Shown piece after piece: positions 47,001 through 55,338 of a stretch of DNA of 64,000 bases. Under the pieces are notes generated by a model. The model worked only from the letters and a program-made list of their open reading frames with translations. It searched no databases and was not told where the DNA came from. Source of the DNA: an uncultured bacterium (lineage in GTDB: Bacteria; Oederibacteriota; JAAXVQ01; JAUVAV01); NCBI GenBank assembly GCA_963710755.1, contig CAVQBK010000003.1, forward strand, positions 1,184,001-1,248,000, read 5' to 3'. How positions within the stretch are numbered: position 1 is the stretch's first letter; every line of letters begins with the position of its first letter. The position numbers and the translations under genes are program-made.

Positions 47001-50000
47001 GACTCTCAGGAAAAGGATATTCGCACCAACCTACCTGAAGATTTCCCGCGGGGAAACCTGCTGTCCCAGCCGTTGATGGGCGGATCTGCGGCTACCTATG
47101 GGTTAATGCTGGAAAAAATTCGACTAGAGGCCGGTGAGGATGGGGTGGTTATGTTTATGCCGGCAAAGAATTTGATTGGAGATTATAACCAATTCAAAAA
47201 AACCTTGGACGATGCACTGAAGTCAGCTGTCGATCAGGACAGAGTAACGGCTATTGGCTTACCCAGCCAAGAGGTTATAGACAATGTCGGCTATATGCAG
47301 GAAGGGGTGAAGCTAAAAGGAAGCGGTGGCTTGTATCAAGTAAACGCCTTGTTTGAAAAACCGGATACAACAGCTGCCAGGCAACTTGTCCGTCAGGGGG
47401 CCTTGGTAAACACTGGGATATATCTTATGCGGGTTGAACATGGACTACGTCTCTATAGGGAGGCTTCGCCCATTCTCTATGATTGGATGAAAAGAGTGAT
47501 TAGAAAAGGTTTTGAAGAAGGTAGCATGAGGGCACAAATAGGTTCTTATTTTGCGCTCTTATCGGATAAAGCCCGGGTGGAGGCAGCACGGTTATTTGCC
47601 ACGATTATACCTGAAAATCGGGCCGGCTTTGCCATGCTTGCGGTGGATCCTAAAATTTCATGGACTCCTGAACCCATCATGAGTGAAGCCAAGGATTTTA
47701 ACGGCAATATTAAAATCGGGTTGGGAGAATTCAATCAGCAGGATTCACATAATAACGTTGTATTTGCCGATGAAAATATTAACCTTACACTACATGAAGT
47801 CAATGGTTACTATGTTATGGCACCTGCCAACAGAGGTATTTTATTGGTGGTTCCCGTAGCAGCGCGCCAGAAAATTGGCGAAATATTTAGCCAGTTAGGC
47901 CAAAATCCTGACCTTGAACCTTATCTGAAGGGGGGGGCTGTTCCAGATGAAGTCATAGCACGTCATAAAGGCGAAATAAAATATGATAACTCCAATACCA
48001 TTAGGGGGTTAGGAACAGTAATTAGCTCGACCAATGTGCATCTCGATTCGGGCAAAGGAATGGTGGTCACGATCTCGGCGGAAAATCTTAGCATTACCCG
48101 GAAGGGTGATGACATCACCATTACTCACCTTGCTCCTCATACGGTTGCTGCCGGCGGTACTATGAGTTGGCTGGAAGCGCCGCTTATGAAGTTGTTTGGC
48201 ATTCAATCATCAACCTTTGTCAAATACCTTGCACCTGCCCTGGAATTGTTCCCCCTGGCCATTTCCTATATTCTATACGGTTTGGTGACAGGCGACTGGA
48301 CCATGGCTGCTGCTCCGCTAAGTGCCATGTTTGCGGCTTTTGGCCTGTATTCCCTACCCAGGGTGGGGATGTTCACACGTTTGCACGATTTTAGGGACAT
48401 GAGCGAGATGCCTGCTGATGTGTTTGAAGCCCGCAAAGCGCAGGCTGAAAAGTTATCGACCATCAATACTATGGCTCTGGCGCTGCTTTTCACAGCTAGC
48501 CAATTATTGGCCGTAAGTGCCACCACAGCCACAGCCGTGCTGCTGGCCATGTGGCTGGTATCGCATTATGTGGCTAATAACCTTAACTCAACTACCGCGT
48601 CGTCCGCGAAGAAAAGTAAGTCCTTGGGAGAATTCTTAGGGCTGGTCGAGGACCCCAATGTGGAACAGCTTCGGGACAAGCCCCTCGGCGAAATTATTTA
48701 CCAGGCTGTTTATGGAGTGAACCAGGCATTGGGGAATCTGGTGCTGGGAGAAAAATTTAATTGGGCTAAAAATATTATGGTCGCGCGCGGTGCGGGGTTT
48801 GCAGTGACTGATAAAATCATTGATAAACAGGCTCGTCGCCAGGCGGGGCAACCCTTGAAAGCAGATCAAAAGATGGTGGAGTTGACCGTACCGGCCTGGT
48901 TTTACGACCTGCAAATGAAGGGCCAGCCTCTGAATCTATTGCAGAAAATGGAAATTCGTCTGCGCTTCAAAGCGGCGATGAATCATTATCGCCGTACTAT
49001 CCTTTCGGAACAACGAAGTGTTAGCAACGAAACAGCAGAGATTTATGGCCGACAGCCGCTGTGGACTTTAGCCATGAACCTTAAAAACACGATCCAGACC
49101 TATGCCCGTGCCCATGGCTTGAGTTCGGAAAAAGAAGTCTATGGCAGCCTGGGCACAGGCAAGACCATGGCCATGGTGGGTACCCAATTGGCCCTGGTGC
49201 TTGATCATCTTATGCGTCTGCAAGGCAGCCAAGGGGTATGGCAAGGTGCGAAACTGGCCGATAAGGTGGAAGCTGTGTTGGGTGCAGGATTTGCCAATCT
49301 TGATCCTGCTTATGCGGCTGAAGCCATCCTGGCCATGGATGATCATGCCATTGCAGCCATTAACGATGAAGCGGTTCAAGGCTTGCTGGCCAGTACAAAA
49401 GCCATGATTGCCGAGGCCGGTGACAACAGCTTGCTGCGTGAGGCGGTGGTGCAGCATTTGAAAGCCCTCTTTGTTCATGAGGCCCAGCTGTCTACAGTGA
49501 CCTTGAAATTAGCTTCTGTTGATGAAGGGCAGTTAGCACAAAATCCGGACACAGCCCGGATCATGTTGGCCCATAACTCGCAGGCGAGAGAAATCCTGAG
49601 CAGTATGGTAGCGCAGATGCAGGAACAAGCGCCTACGGATACACAAGAGGTGCTCCAATTCCTGAAGACCATTCTTGCCAAAGAATCGCTGAATGCAGCG
49701 GAGACTTATCAATTGAAGGACCTGTTGGGCCAGATTAGTCTGGATGGGGAAAACCAGGTGCTCCTGAACATGGGTCAGGACGCCCAAGAGTATCATGTGA
49801 GTACCACCATGACCGGATTAGAGACCCAGCAACAAGACGGCTTGACCTTGTTTGTGCCGCAATTTGCCAATGTGCTGGCCAAACAGGAAGCCTTGACCAC
49901 AGAAGGGACCAAGGCGTCGGATCAGGCGGTGATGGTGATTCCCAGTGCCTTAACCTTACCCCGCTATCTTAAGGTTTCCGATCAAGTCAAGGGGGCGTTT

Positions 50001-50453
50001 GCGCAGCAATTCACCGAGGTATTTAAAGATACCGCGTTGTTCCAAAACGGGCTGGGGGAACACGGAGCCTTGATGCAGGGATTGGCTGAATTAAGGGCAG
50101 CCGGAAACACGAACGAAAAAACCAGAGCACTGCGTCAAATAGCCAGGGCTTTTATGGCCATGGGTAAATATGCCATTCATAACCATGTGGAGGCCCGGGT
50201 AATGGCGCCTGACATGCAGGCTTTGGATGCGTTTTTTGCCCGCAACGAGATCTTTAAAAACCACCTTAAGTCCATTGGGAACTTAGATGAAAAGGAAGTG
50301 CGTGTACCTGCCCAGCTAAGAACCGGCGGGATCATGCATTACATTTACCTTTATACCTATGTTTTTGGGGAACAGTTTGAAATGGAGCCCGGTATTCAAC
50401 TGTTCATCGATCAGCGTCGTACGGCTGAATTCAGCTTCGCCGGCGCAGCCTAA
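41037..50453 (+). CDS. Giant (~3140 aa) signal-peptide-bearing multi-TM protein, paralog 2; conserved N-terminal domain plus UDP-sugar and GDP-mannose pyrophosphorylase-like domains
   Basis: 9.4 kb ORF; GAGGTG RBS before the ATG at 41037 (ORF track starts at 41028). N-terminus homologous to the ORFs at 7810 and 63289. Motifs PTGGMATR/GGHG/FNSNN and VLMLGGG/GY/FEKPD/NTGIY. Confidence 0.85.
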   Translation: MPWWNKSKRKMLTKIIALMVSLTFIQPLVTFAFNPLTYPQPGLPFSTINYMGKTVKLPVKKAAVVGTYQGSPKTVICIQDLHCNYEVQKNIASTLDYLVKRLGLRLIGEEGAFGDLPTGVIKDFPNRKIKEEVADHFVRQGKLTGAEYFTVTTSAPVQLIGIEDKSLYNDSLARVHHFLNAESQGFIYDIRDQLDILKNKIYNHGLKKLDQKAMAYRMGDLGLLNYAAYLSQLARSLKVDLKPYALFNRFVMLHQDFFAPEMEADALYRQVDQVEAALRQVSYDNEAQKTLDNLYHRLYIMERLLNISVSQDELADFRQHRTQFKTNVYDAFLQAQGTLGLDSSFDTLDRYLQEAGEFYNLADQRSQAFVNNLSRAMDKGKQSLAVMINGGFHSEKVLAYLEQKNISYLSVRPQLTKLDIINPYFELLQGKKTPLEKLLAKNQNILAVKSALLDPVFRHLTELMVKVMAKTEGVESGAYSELYKSVSLSHLQPTAHWSRVTTSLDDLVGVLVFKANKKLTKLSKQLNAIEVTTIGNRIIAFFSNANQTQQAATLVDKAIAPTWQSTLLGIVETVLGAKAPGWKHAGFINFNLLTSSRWALGFLATTTAIIMFATHQELSVANLALFSLGLTTMMPEGVISLIQAGFEQAYARKLSRSRLYYPHHQVTLKPSGDIEEENDPTLRQLIQQKTTFLLESQRGEEIKRITGDALKIEGKWYLRLGDRWVGVENEDFADSMIRYGDLFTSHFLLGNKQLQMLLGLDSNSLPTLAPIPEEFETATEIQGLFLNEYTGNQRLQAINFIQSTNIINLAKKGELNRTTLMHYLDAFIVVSHKRVAAYDEFIEARQNLLLLLNLNEVLPGKHLTSTQETMIKENLVFGEKRKLGFPQLLLDMIVRNPSIKKLIKTKADGRVSFLAQDGRIREIDLANETYWGTPLDQDEMMAQIKKQADQAGYHWQKYMTDKFPYAPLVPTGGMATRIAKVHFNQNKLFGLMLRIKMGQEQKALEYFKTKGFDQFELEYFGDYAYIAITPLVLSMNPQATIVMGGLATIVPLESWFGGYAARTSLLETQDTLHPLTTEGEIMTDTLINGGHGRIITGFFSNKDKIAELLDEGYVLRYNQADDKGDRTLGHLMSRLLKLGQAAMAVISTPQAVSIKFNIKEIQDALKQGEKITYKGHAVKAVSDEALELVNGDKVALQPIKAGLQQALDRTNALKAEAEQLTGPAQRDKRIDAMKYYKEHIYDKLSEYLLKNSKDKAVILIEAKFNQGGEIVDVDNQSNFYEKSEYIQEDGDNIYRDSHGQKHAFPLPVVLAVDFKDFNSNNLSLDLLAFMAVMDHKAKDAYFDFLRASAQVLSESELLARRQQAEKEVAAIAKNMDTDVWEARLQVFERLMFALAAPPIEIKEGNVNLNMMAQNVSRLAAQIGLSDITMENIDIRNVEQVLNAAASRETFTAQAAYKNGQFKNLEGQTLSFARSSRLDGVPVKTLAQIRGRNDQASQVKGSTDFDPFAHQINESLMAMGESPFLAETEIGEGRVVNMELNQRQAVNLWEWMHKEGKDIVTPNVKRVLERMLGLIARHGGSLPEGAFPKSVKNYSRMLHFMHYLLPLVIEKDPVKKRLAEQSLSKGFQEAEKEGGLMTTQTLISRFQAGQQQLDATIQIGGLIGGFLLLAGVVTVASGLFISGWVVLLPVGLAVLGSLLAKPYLVAVWQTGELARWRLDLQYRIKRLLHYLSHQPLAAKLTFWLAIGISHLWQPLRDKIIIHIPMINTLLLIDPVYQMLAADHSVMTMQQAKDEISHQYRMEMFNDKNLNAQEQTKRIARFNTAVAQASEIFENQVMNNPQIRVLADLEDDFSPEVKKVLEHFFAKHRLLVTYPQELTETNVAMQLGVSEHAAQLALELLNGIPAQKTKWKNITKKLSKGNQMVYYQLKEKPVDLKNVHVVLMLGGGMESLLPVNTRQWKSNVPTLLQKQLGLLAELKIPLAHTHIICNDSQEKDIRTNLPEDFPRGNLLSQPLMGGSAATYGLMLEKIRLEAGEDGVVMFMPAKNLIGDYNQFKKTLDDALKSAVDQDRVTAIGLPSQEVIDNVGYMQEGVKLKGSGGLYQVNALFEKPDTTAARQLVRQGALVNTGIYLMRVEHGLRLYREASPILYDWMKRVIRKGFEEGSMRAQIGSYFALLSDKARVEAARLFATIIPENRAGFAMLAVDPKISWTPEPIMSEAKDFNGNIKIGLGEFNQQDSHNNVVFADENINLTLHEVNGYYVMAPANRGILLVVPVAARQKIGEIFSQLGQNPDLEPYLKGGAVPDEVIARHKGEIKYDNSNTIRGLGTVISSTNVHLDSGKGMVVTISAENLSITRKGDDITITHLAPHTVAAGGTMSWLEAPLMKLFGIQSSTFVKYLAPALELFPLAISYILYGLVTGDWTMAAAPLSAMFAAFGLYSLPRVGMFTRLHDFRDMSEMPADVFEARKAQAEKLSTINTMALALLFTASQLLAVSATTATAVLLAMWLVSHYVANNLNSTTASSAKKSKSLGEFLGLVEDPNVEQLRDKPLGEIIYQAVYGVNQALGNLVLGEKFNWAKNIMVARGAGFAVTDKIIDKQARRQAGQPLKADQKMVELTVPAWFYDLQMKGQPLNLLQKMEIRLRFKAAMNHYRRTILSEQRSVSNETAEIYGRQPLWTLAMNLKNTIQTYARAHGLSSEKEVYGSLGTGKTMAMVGTQLALVLDHLMRLQGSQGVWQGAKLADKVEAVLGAGFANLDPAYAAEAILAMDDHAIAAINDEAVQGLLASTKAMIAEAGDNSLLREAVVQHLKALFVHEAQLSTVTLKLASVDEGQLAQNPDTARIMLAHNSQAREILSSMVAQMQEQAPTDTQEVLQFLKTILAKESLNAAETYQLKDLLGQISLDGENQVLLNMGQDAQEYHVSTTMTGLETQQQDGLTLFVPQFANVLAKQEALTTEGTKASDQAVMVIPSALTLPRYLKVSDQVKGAFAQQFTEVFKDTALFQNGLGEHGALMQGLAELRAAGNTNEKTRALRQIARAFMAMGKYAIHNHVEARVMAPDMQALDAFFARNEIFKNHLKSIGNLDEKEVRVPAQLRTGGIMHYIYLYTYVFGEQFEMEPGIQLFIDQRRTAEFSFAGAA

Positions 50454-50482
50454 GCCGGGGCTGGGGGCGAGGCAATCTTAAT

Positions 50483-50523
50483 TTAACCCCTTCATCCCCA
50501 ACCCTTGGAGATGAAGGGGTTAA
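50483..50523. terminator. Hairpin downstream of giant paralog 2
   Basis: TTAACCCCTTCATC ... GATGAAGGGGTTAA perfect 14 bp stem; no long U tail. Confidence 0.55.
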
Positions 50524-50561
50524 GACCCTGCAAATGCTCTTATATCTTCATTAAAAAATGC

Positions 50562-50590
50562 TTGCATTACCCATGCGATTAAGCTATATT
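50562..50590 (+). promoter_or_regulatory. Sigma70-type promoter of tRNA-Glu
   Basis: TTGCAT, 17 bp spacer, TATATT with an upstream A tract. Confidence 0.55.
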
Positions 50591-50611
50591 GTCTCTCCGT
50601 CAACATTTTGT

Positions 50612-50687
50612 GTCCCCATCGTCTAGCGGCCTAGGACATCGCCCTTTCACGGCGATGACAGGGGTTCAAATCCCCTTGGGGATGCCA
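50612..50687 (+). tRNA. tRNA-Glu (anticodon TTC)
   Basis: 76 nt cloverleaf: acceptor GTCCCCA/TGGGGAT, anticodon arm TCGCC-CTTTCAC-GGCGA, T-loop GTTCAAATC, encoded CCA. Confidence 0.97.
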
Positions 50688-50806
50688 ACTTTTCACCTTT
50701 GGTAAAAAGTTGGCCGAACAATCGAAAATTGAAAATCGCCCCCCCAATTCCGGTCGATTACTTATGCCGTCGGTGTTGGCGAAAGCGCTTTTGGATTTTC
50801 GAAACG

Positions 50807-50837
50807 AAAAAAGCCCGCCCAAGAGGCGGGCTTTTTT
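50807..50837 (+). terminator. Rho-independent terminator (likely bidirectional)
   Basis: AAAAAAGCCCGCC-CAAGA-GGCGGGCTTTTTT. Confidence 0.85.
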
Positions 50838-51022
50838 ATTGAGAGCACAGAAGGGGAGTTGACGTCATTTTAATTTAAATAATTCATTTTGAAACTCGCC
50901 TTTTAACCCGGTGTCTGTTAAAATAACGCCCATTAAAATCACATTTATCACCGTCCTCTTGAGTTCGAATTTTCCCGAACATGATTTTCTACGACTGTGT
51001 TAAATCATCCATTGGAGGTCTC

Positions 51023-51694
51023 ATGAAATTTTGGCTGGCAGAACATGCGGATTTCATTTTTTATACTATTTTTATTGCCCTTGGTGTGGGAGAAGTGCTC
51101 CTGCGCTATATTCTGCAGGTGACCAAGGACAATAAAGTATTGGAATGGGTTGACTCGGCCTTTATTGCCATTGTGCTGGCCACGGTGATCCGTTTCTTTT
51201 TAATCCAGACTTTTATCATTCCTTCCAGTTCCATGGAAAATACCCTGCTTATTGGCGACCAATTGATTGTCAATAAATTCACCTATGGGCTGAAAGTGCC
51301 CTTTACCAACAAGTTTTTCATTCGATTCAAGGATCCTCAGCGTGGGGATATTATTGTTTTTAACGCTGTTGATCGCAAAGGCATGAAGCTGATCAAACGA
51401 TGCATTGCCATCCCCGGCGACGTGGTTGAAATGAAAGACAAAATAGTGTACATTAACGGCGAAAAGCAAAATGAACCCTATGTGATTTACCGCGACCAAA
51501 CCATTGAACCTCGACCCTACCCACGGGATAATTTCGGCCCCATCACCATTCCCAAGGATCATTATTTGATGCTTGGCGACAACCGGGACCGGTCCGCGGA
51601 TTCGCGCTACTGGGGCTTGTTGCCAAGGAACATGATCGAAGGCAAGGCCTGGGTCATTTATTGGCCCATGCACCGGTGGCGGGTGATTAAATAA
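51023..51694 (+). CDS. lepB: Signal peptidase I
   Basis: IPSSSMENTL.IGD (catalytic Ser), RGDIIVF, IKR (catalytic Lys), GDNR..S.DSRYWG; GGAGG RBS before the ATG at 51023. Confidence 0.95.
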   Translation: MKFWLAEHADFIFYTIFIALGVGEVLLRYILQVTKDNKVLEWVDSAFIAIVLATVIRFFLIQTFIIPSSSMENTLLIGDQLIVNKFTYGLKVPFTNKFFIRFKDPQRGDIIVFNAVDRKGMKLIKRCIAIPGDVVEMKDKIVYINGEKQNEPYVIYRDQTIEPRPYPRDNFGPITIPKDHYLMLGDNRDRSADSRYWGLLPRNMIEGKAWVIYWPMHRWRVIK

Positions 51695-51750
51695 TCTTCC
51701 TTTGTTGGATTGCAAGAACTCAATACCCCAGGCGAGCCTAAGGCACTTAA

Positions 51751-51900
51751 CTATATCGCGGAAAAGACCTTCTGTTAAACACCTCCATGGTGTTGTCACG
51801 ACCGCTGGCTTTGAAAAAACATTTCGGCAGGGCACAGGCAGGCCTGTACCCTGCACTGCGTTAACCAAGGACTGGCATGACGGCTTTTCTGCAATAGAAA
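51751..51900. mobile_element. MITE-like element, family B (degenerate), with REP-like internal palindrome
   Basis: Left TATATCGCGGAAAAG, right CTTTTCTGCAATAGA; interior GCAGGGCACAGGCAGGCCTGTACCCTGC and ACCTCCATGGTG, the latter shared with 62763. Confidence 0.4.
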
Positions 51901-51931
51901 ATATGCCCATGTCCACCCGGAAGGTGCTGAT

Positions 51932-53416
51932 ATGAAACCAACAACCGTGATGGCCGCCAGTCTAGTTCTTGTCATGACATGGGCATGGACTGCCTTATTG
52001 GAGGTCCAGGCCGAAACACCCTCACCCTCCACTTCCCAAAAAGTAATCTATATTCCCGTTAACACTGAAGTTCAATACGGCCTGTCGGGGTTTATCAAAC
52101 GGGCCATGTCCGAGGCCAAGGAAAAACAGGTCAACGCCATTATTCTGGGCATTGATACTTTTGGCGGCCGGGTGGACTCGGCCTTGGACATTGTCAATGA
52201 AATCGATGCCAGCGACGGTATTCCAGTGGTGGCCTACGTGCTGGACAAGGCCTGGTCCGCCGGTGCGCTGATTGCCCTGGGGTGCAATGCTATCTACATG
52301 AAGCCCGGCAGTTCCATTGGCTCAGCCACCCCCGTGGCCAGCGGGGGCCCTACGGGCAAGACCGAAGCTCTTAGCGAAAAATATGTTTCCGCCATTCGCG
52401 CCAAATTTCGTTCCATTGCTGAAAAAAACGGCTACCCGGCCAACCTGGCTGCAGCCATGGTGGACAAGGATCTGGAAGTCAAGGAAGTTGTGGTGGACAA
52501 GCAAAAACGCTATTTGACGGACGCTGAAATTAACCTACTCAAAACTCAGGGTAAGAAAATAAAAATTGGACCGGTGATTACGGAAAAAGGCAAACTCCTC
52601 AATTTGACCGCCGAGCAGGCCGTGGACGTGCTTCTGGCCAAAGGCCTGGAACCGAGCATGTCCGATTTATTAAAGGCCATGGGCATGCCTGGGGCTAAAG
52701 TGATCAATGTAAAAAGAAACTGGGCGGAACATTTTGCCAGCTTTATCACCAGCAGCATGATCAGCGGGTTGCTTTTACTGGTGGGCTTGGTAGCCCTGTA
52801 TACAGAATTGACCCATCCTGGTTTCGGTTGGGCTGGGGTGATTGGTCTGCTTTGTCTGGGCTTGCTCTTCTGGGGGAAATACGTGGTTAACCTGGCGCAA
52901 ATGACGGATCTGGTTTTGTTTCTTATTGGGGTGGTGCTGTTGCTGGTGGAGATTTTTGTCATTCCCGGGTTTGGGATCACTGGTATTGCCGGGCTGCTTT
53001 TTATGGCCGCCGGCCTTTACCTGGCCTTTGTGCCCTTTGTGGTGCCTAAAATGCCCTGGGATTTTAATATTTTCTACGCCACGGTGACTATTCTGCTGCT
53101 GGCAGGACTAGGCAGTGTGGCTGGATTTTTGACCTTGATGCACTTTTTGCCGGAACTGCCGGGACTAAAGCGGCTGGTATTGACCACAGCCCTCAAACCG
53201 GGACTGGCCAAAGGGGAAAAAGGACCGCTTCATTCCCTCAAAGTGGGCCAGGAAGGGGAAGTGCTTTCTGATTTACGTCCCGTGGGCAAAGCCCGCTTCG
53301 CGATGGTGATTGTAGATGCCGTGGCGGAAACAGGTTATCTGGGAAAAGGTACGGCGGTTAAAATTATTAAGATCGAAGGCAACCGCATCATGGTACGGGA
53401 AGTCACGGGCGCCTAA
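51932..53416 (+). CDS. nfeD: NfeD/YqeZ-family membrane-bound ClpP-like serine protease
   Basis: IDTFGGRVDSA, A.SAGALIA, GSATPV, EK, AMVD, TM bundle, C-terminal OB fold LRPVGKA; upstream of floA. Confidence 0.88.
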   Translation: MKPTTVMAASLVLVMTWAWTALLEVQAETPSPSTSQKVIYIPVNTEVQYGLSGFIKRAMSEAKEKQVNAIILGIDTFGGRVDSALDIVNEIDASDGIPVVAYVLDKAWSAGALIALGCNAIYMKPGSSIGSATPVASGGPTGKTEALSEKYVSAIRAKFRSIAEKNGYPANLAAAMVDKDLEVKEVVVDKQKRYLTDAEINLLKTQGKKIKIGPVITEKGKLLNLTAEQAVDVLLAKGLEPSMSDLLKAMGMPGAKVINVKRNWAEHFASFITSSMISGLLLLVGLVALYTELTHPGFGWAGVIGLLCLGLLFWGKYVVNLAQMTDLVLFLIGVVLLLVEIFVIPGFGITGIAGLLFMAAGLYLAFVPFVVPKMPWDFNIFYATVTILLLAGLGSVAGFLTLMHFLPELPGLKRLVLTTALKPGLAKGEKGPLHSLKVGQEGEVLSDLRPVGKARFAMVIVDAVAETGYLGKGTAVKIIKIEGNRIMVREVTGA

Positions 53417-53478
53417 AGACCATCCCTTCCCGGTGCGCTTGGGGTTGCCAACATCATATCACATAAGGAGACTTGATT

Positions 53479-54477
53479 ATGCCTGCTATTATGATGCCCT
53501 TGGTGTTTTTGATTGTCGGCCTGCTGTTGTTTGTGGCCATTATCATTATCTTATCTTTTTTCGGACTCTGGCTGCGGGCCCGTTTGTCCGGGGTCAGGGT
53601 GACTTATTCCAATCTGATTGGTATGTCCTTGCGCAAGGTTTCTTCCAACACCATTGTGCAAGCCATGATCATGTCCACCAAAGCGGGCTTACAGCTCTCC
53701 ATTGCCGAATTGGAAGCCCATTATCTGGCAGGCGGTAATGTGACCCGCGTGGTCGCGGCCCTGATCGCGGCCAACAAGGCGGATATTGAACTCAGCTTTC
53801 ACCGGGCTGCAGCCATTGACCTGGCCGGACGGGATGTGCTCGATGCGGTCAAGACCAGCGTCAATCCCAAGGTCATTGACTGCCCCAGTCAGGATAGCGG
53901 TAAAATGTCCATTGAAGCCGTGGCCGGCGACGGCATCCAGCTCAGGGCCAAGGCCAGGGTCACGGTGCGGGCCAATATCGAGCGCCTCATCGGCGGGGCC
54001 ACGGAAGAGACTATCATTGCCCGCGTGGGCGAGGGCATTGTCACCACCATCGGGTCCGCCAAAACCCACAAAGAAGTTCTGGAAAACCCTGATTTGATTT
54101 CCAAACGGGTTCTGGATAAAGGACTGGATTCAGGCACGGCGTTTGAAATCCTGTCTATTGATATTGCCGATGTGGACGTGGGCAGGAACATCGGCGCCGC
54201 GTTGCAGACCGACCAGGCGGAAGCGGACAAGAAGGTTGCCCAGGCCCGGGCGGAGCAGCGCCGCGCCATGGCTATTGCCCAGGAACAGGAAATGAAAGCC
54301 AAGACCCAGGAAAACCGCGCCAAGGTCGTGGCCGCCGAAGCGGAGATCCCCCAGGCTATTGCCGATGCGTTTCGTTCCGGCCATTTGGGCATCATGGATT
54401 ATTACCGTATGCGTAACATCCAGGCGGATACGGAAATGCGCGATGCCATCTCCAAGGGCGAGCCGGAAAAGAAATAA
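53479..54477 (+). CDS. floA: Flotillin-like protein FloA (YqfA family)
   Basis: [65 protein letters not shown]...NIQADT.MR. Confidence 0.95.
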   Translation: MPAIMMPLVFLIVGLLLFVAIIIILSFFGLWLRARLSGVRVTYSNLIGMSLRKVSSNTIVQAMIMSTKAGLQLSIAELEAHYLAGGNVTRVVAALIAANKADIELSFHRAAAIDLAGRDVLDAVKTSVNPKVIDCPSQDSGKMSIEAVAGDGIQLRAKARVTVRANIERLIGGATEETIIARVGEGIVTTIGSAKTHKEVLENPDLISKRVLDKGLDSGTAFEILSIDIADVDVGRNIGAALQTDQAEADKKVAQARAEQRRAMAIAQEQEMKAKTQENRAKVVAAEAEIPQAIADAFRSGHLGIMDYYRMRNIQADTEMRDAISKGEPEKK

Positions 54478-54504
54478 ATACCGTCACAATGCCGCAGGAA
54501 GCAG

Positions 54505-54918
54505 GTGTGCCTAATGGCCAGCAACAGCACTAAAGAAATTATGGATTTGTTAACCACCTTGGGCTTTGTCCTGCTTATGGTACTGCCGTTTTTAAGGAGA
54601 AAAAAAAAGACGACCTCAACGCCCGGGCAGGATGGAAATCCGCCTGTTCCGGACGCAGGCAACACGCCGCCAAAGCCATCGCCGGCTGAGCGCCTCGAGG
54701 CCAAGCCTGTCCATCAAAGCACGTTGACCTCAGGGCCTGGGCTGCAACGCAGATCAAAGCCGGCCTCGCCCTTGGTGGTGGAAGAGGTGGTGATCATGGA
54801 ACCATCGGAAGTCTCATCAACCAGGCCGGCCAGAACCTGGCCGGGTATGCGTAAGCCGCGGGCTTTACGGCGGGCAGTAATTATGAAAGAAATTCTGGAC
54901 AAGCCCAAAGGATGGTAG
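54505..54918 (+). CDS. Hypothetical membrane-anchored Pro-rich protein (YqfB-like position)
   Basis: One TM, low-complexity linker, C-terminal LRRAVIMKEILDKPK typical of genes following floA. Confidence 0.6.
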   Translation: MCLMASNSTKEIMDLLTTLGFVLLMVLPFLRRKKKTTSTPGQDGNPPVPDAGNTPPKPSPAERLEAKPVHQSTLTSGPGLQRRSKPASPLVVEEVVIMEPSEVSSTRPARTWPGMRKPRALRRAVIMKEILDKPKGW

Positions 54919-54936
54919 ACCCCTGCGCAAGACTAA

Positions 54937-55113
54937 TTCTTGTTGCAGAAAACAATGGTGGTCATTTCAAGTTCCCGTCACCCGGGCTAAAACCATGCCG
55001 GGCTTTAGAATAGAGCTTCAAAAATGACTGGATTCCCGCTAAGATCATGCAGGAATGACGACTACGGCCGGATGTCATTTTTTGAAAAAGACTTTCCGCA
55101 ATGTAAACGAGCT
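54937..55113. mobile_element. MITE-like element, family B, with RPE-like interior
   Basis: Left TTCTTGTTGCAGAAA, right TTTCCGCAATGTAAACGAGCT (compare TTTCCGCAACAGAAACGAGCT at 17401); interior CTGGATTCCCGC..GCAGGAATGAC. Confidence 0.55.
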
Positions 55114-55136
55114 ACAATCGGTTGAAGTTTAACCCG

Positions 55137-55165
55137 TTGACATGGTTGCAGGCATTTTGTATGAT
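55137..55165 (+). promoter_or_regulatory. Sigma70-type promoter of sugar-phosphate operon
   Basis: TTGACA, 17 bp spacer, TATGAT. Confidence 0.7.
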
Positions 55166-55338
55166 GACCTCTTTCCCGTAGAGTAAAGTCTTACCGAAGT
55201 GCTGATTGCCGTAACCCGCAATGGCTATGCCCGGCCAGAGGACTCTCAGAGAGGGCTTGTCCTGCTTGGTGAGCATCCGAAGCTCATCCGCTATAAACAC
55301 GCACTCGCGGAAAGTAAAAAATGGAAGAAGGTGATGAC

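Noticed and set aside
50612-50687. tRNA-Glu as the integration site of an island carrying the giant gene
   Set aside because: No integrase and no duplicated tRNA 3' end was seen in the window; the flanking genes are housekeeping.
50631-50822. 63 aa minus-strand ORF ending WHPQGDLNP
   Set aside because: Typical artefact of translating the antisense strand of a tRNA gene.
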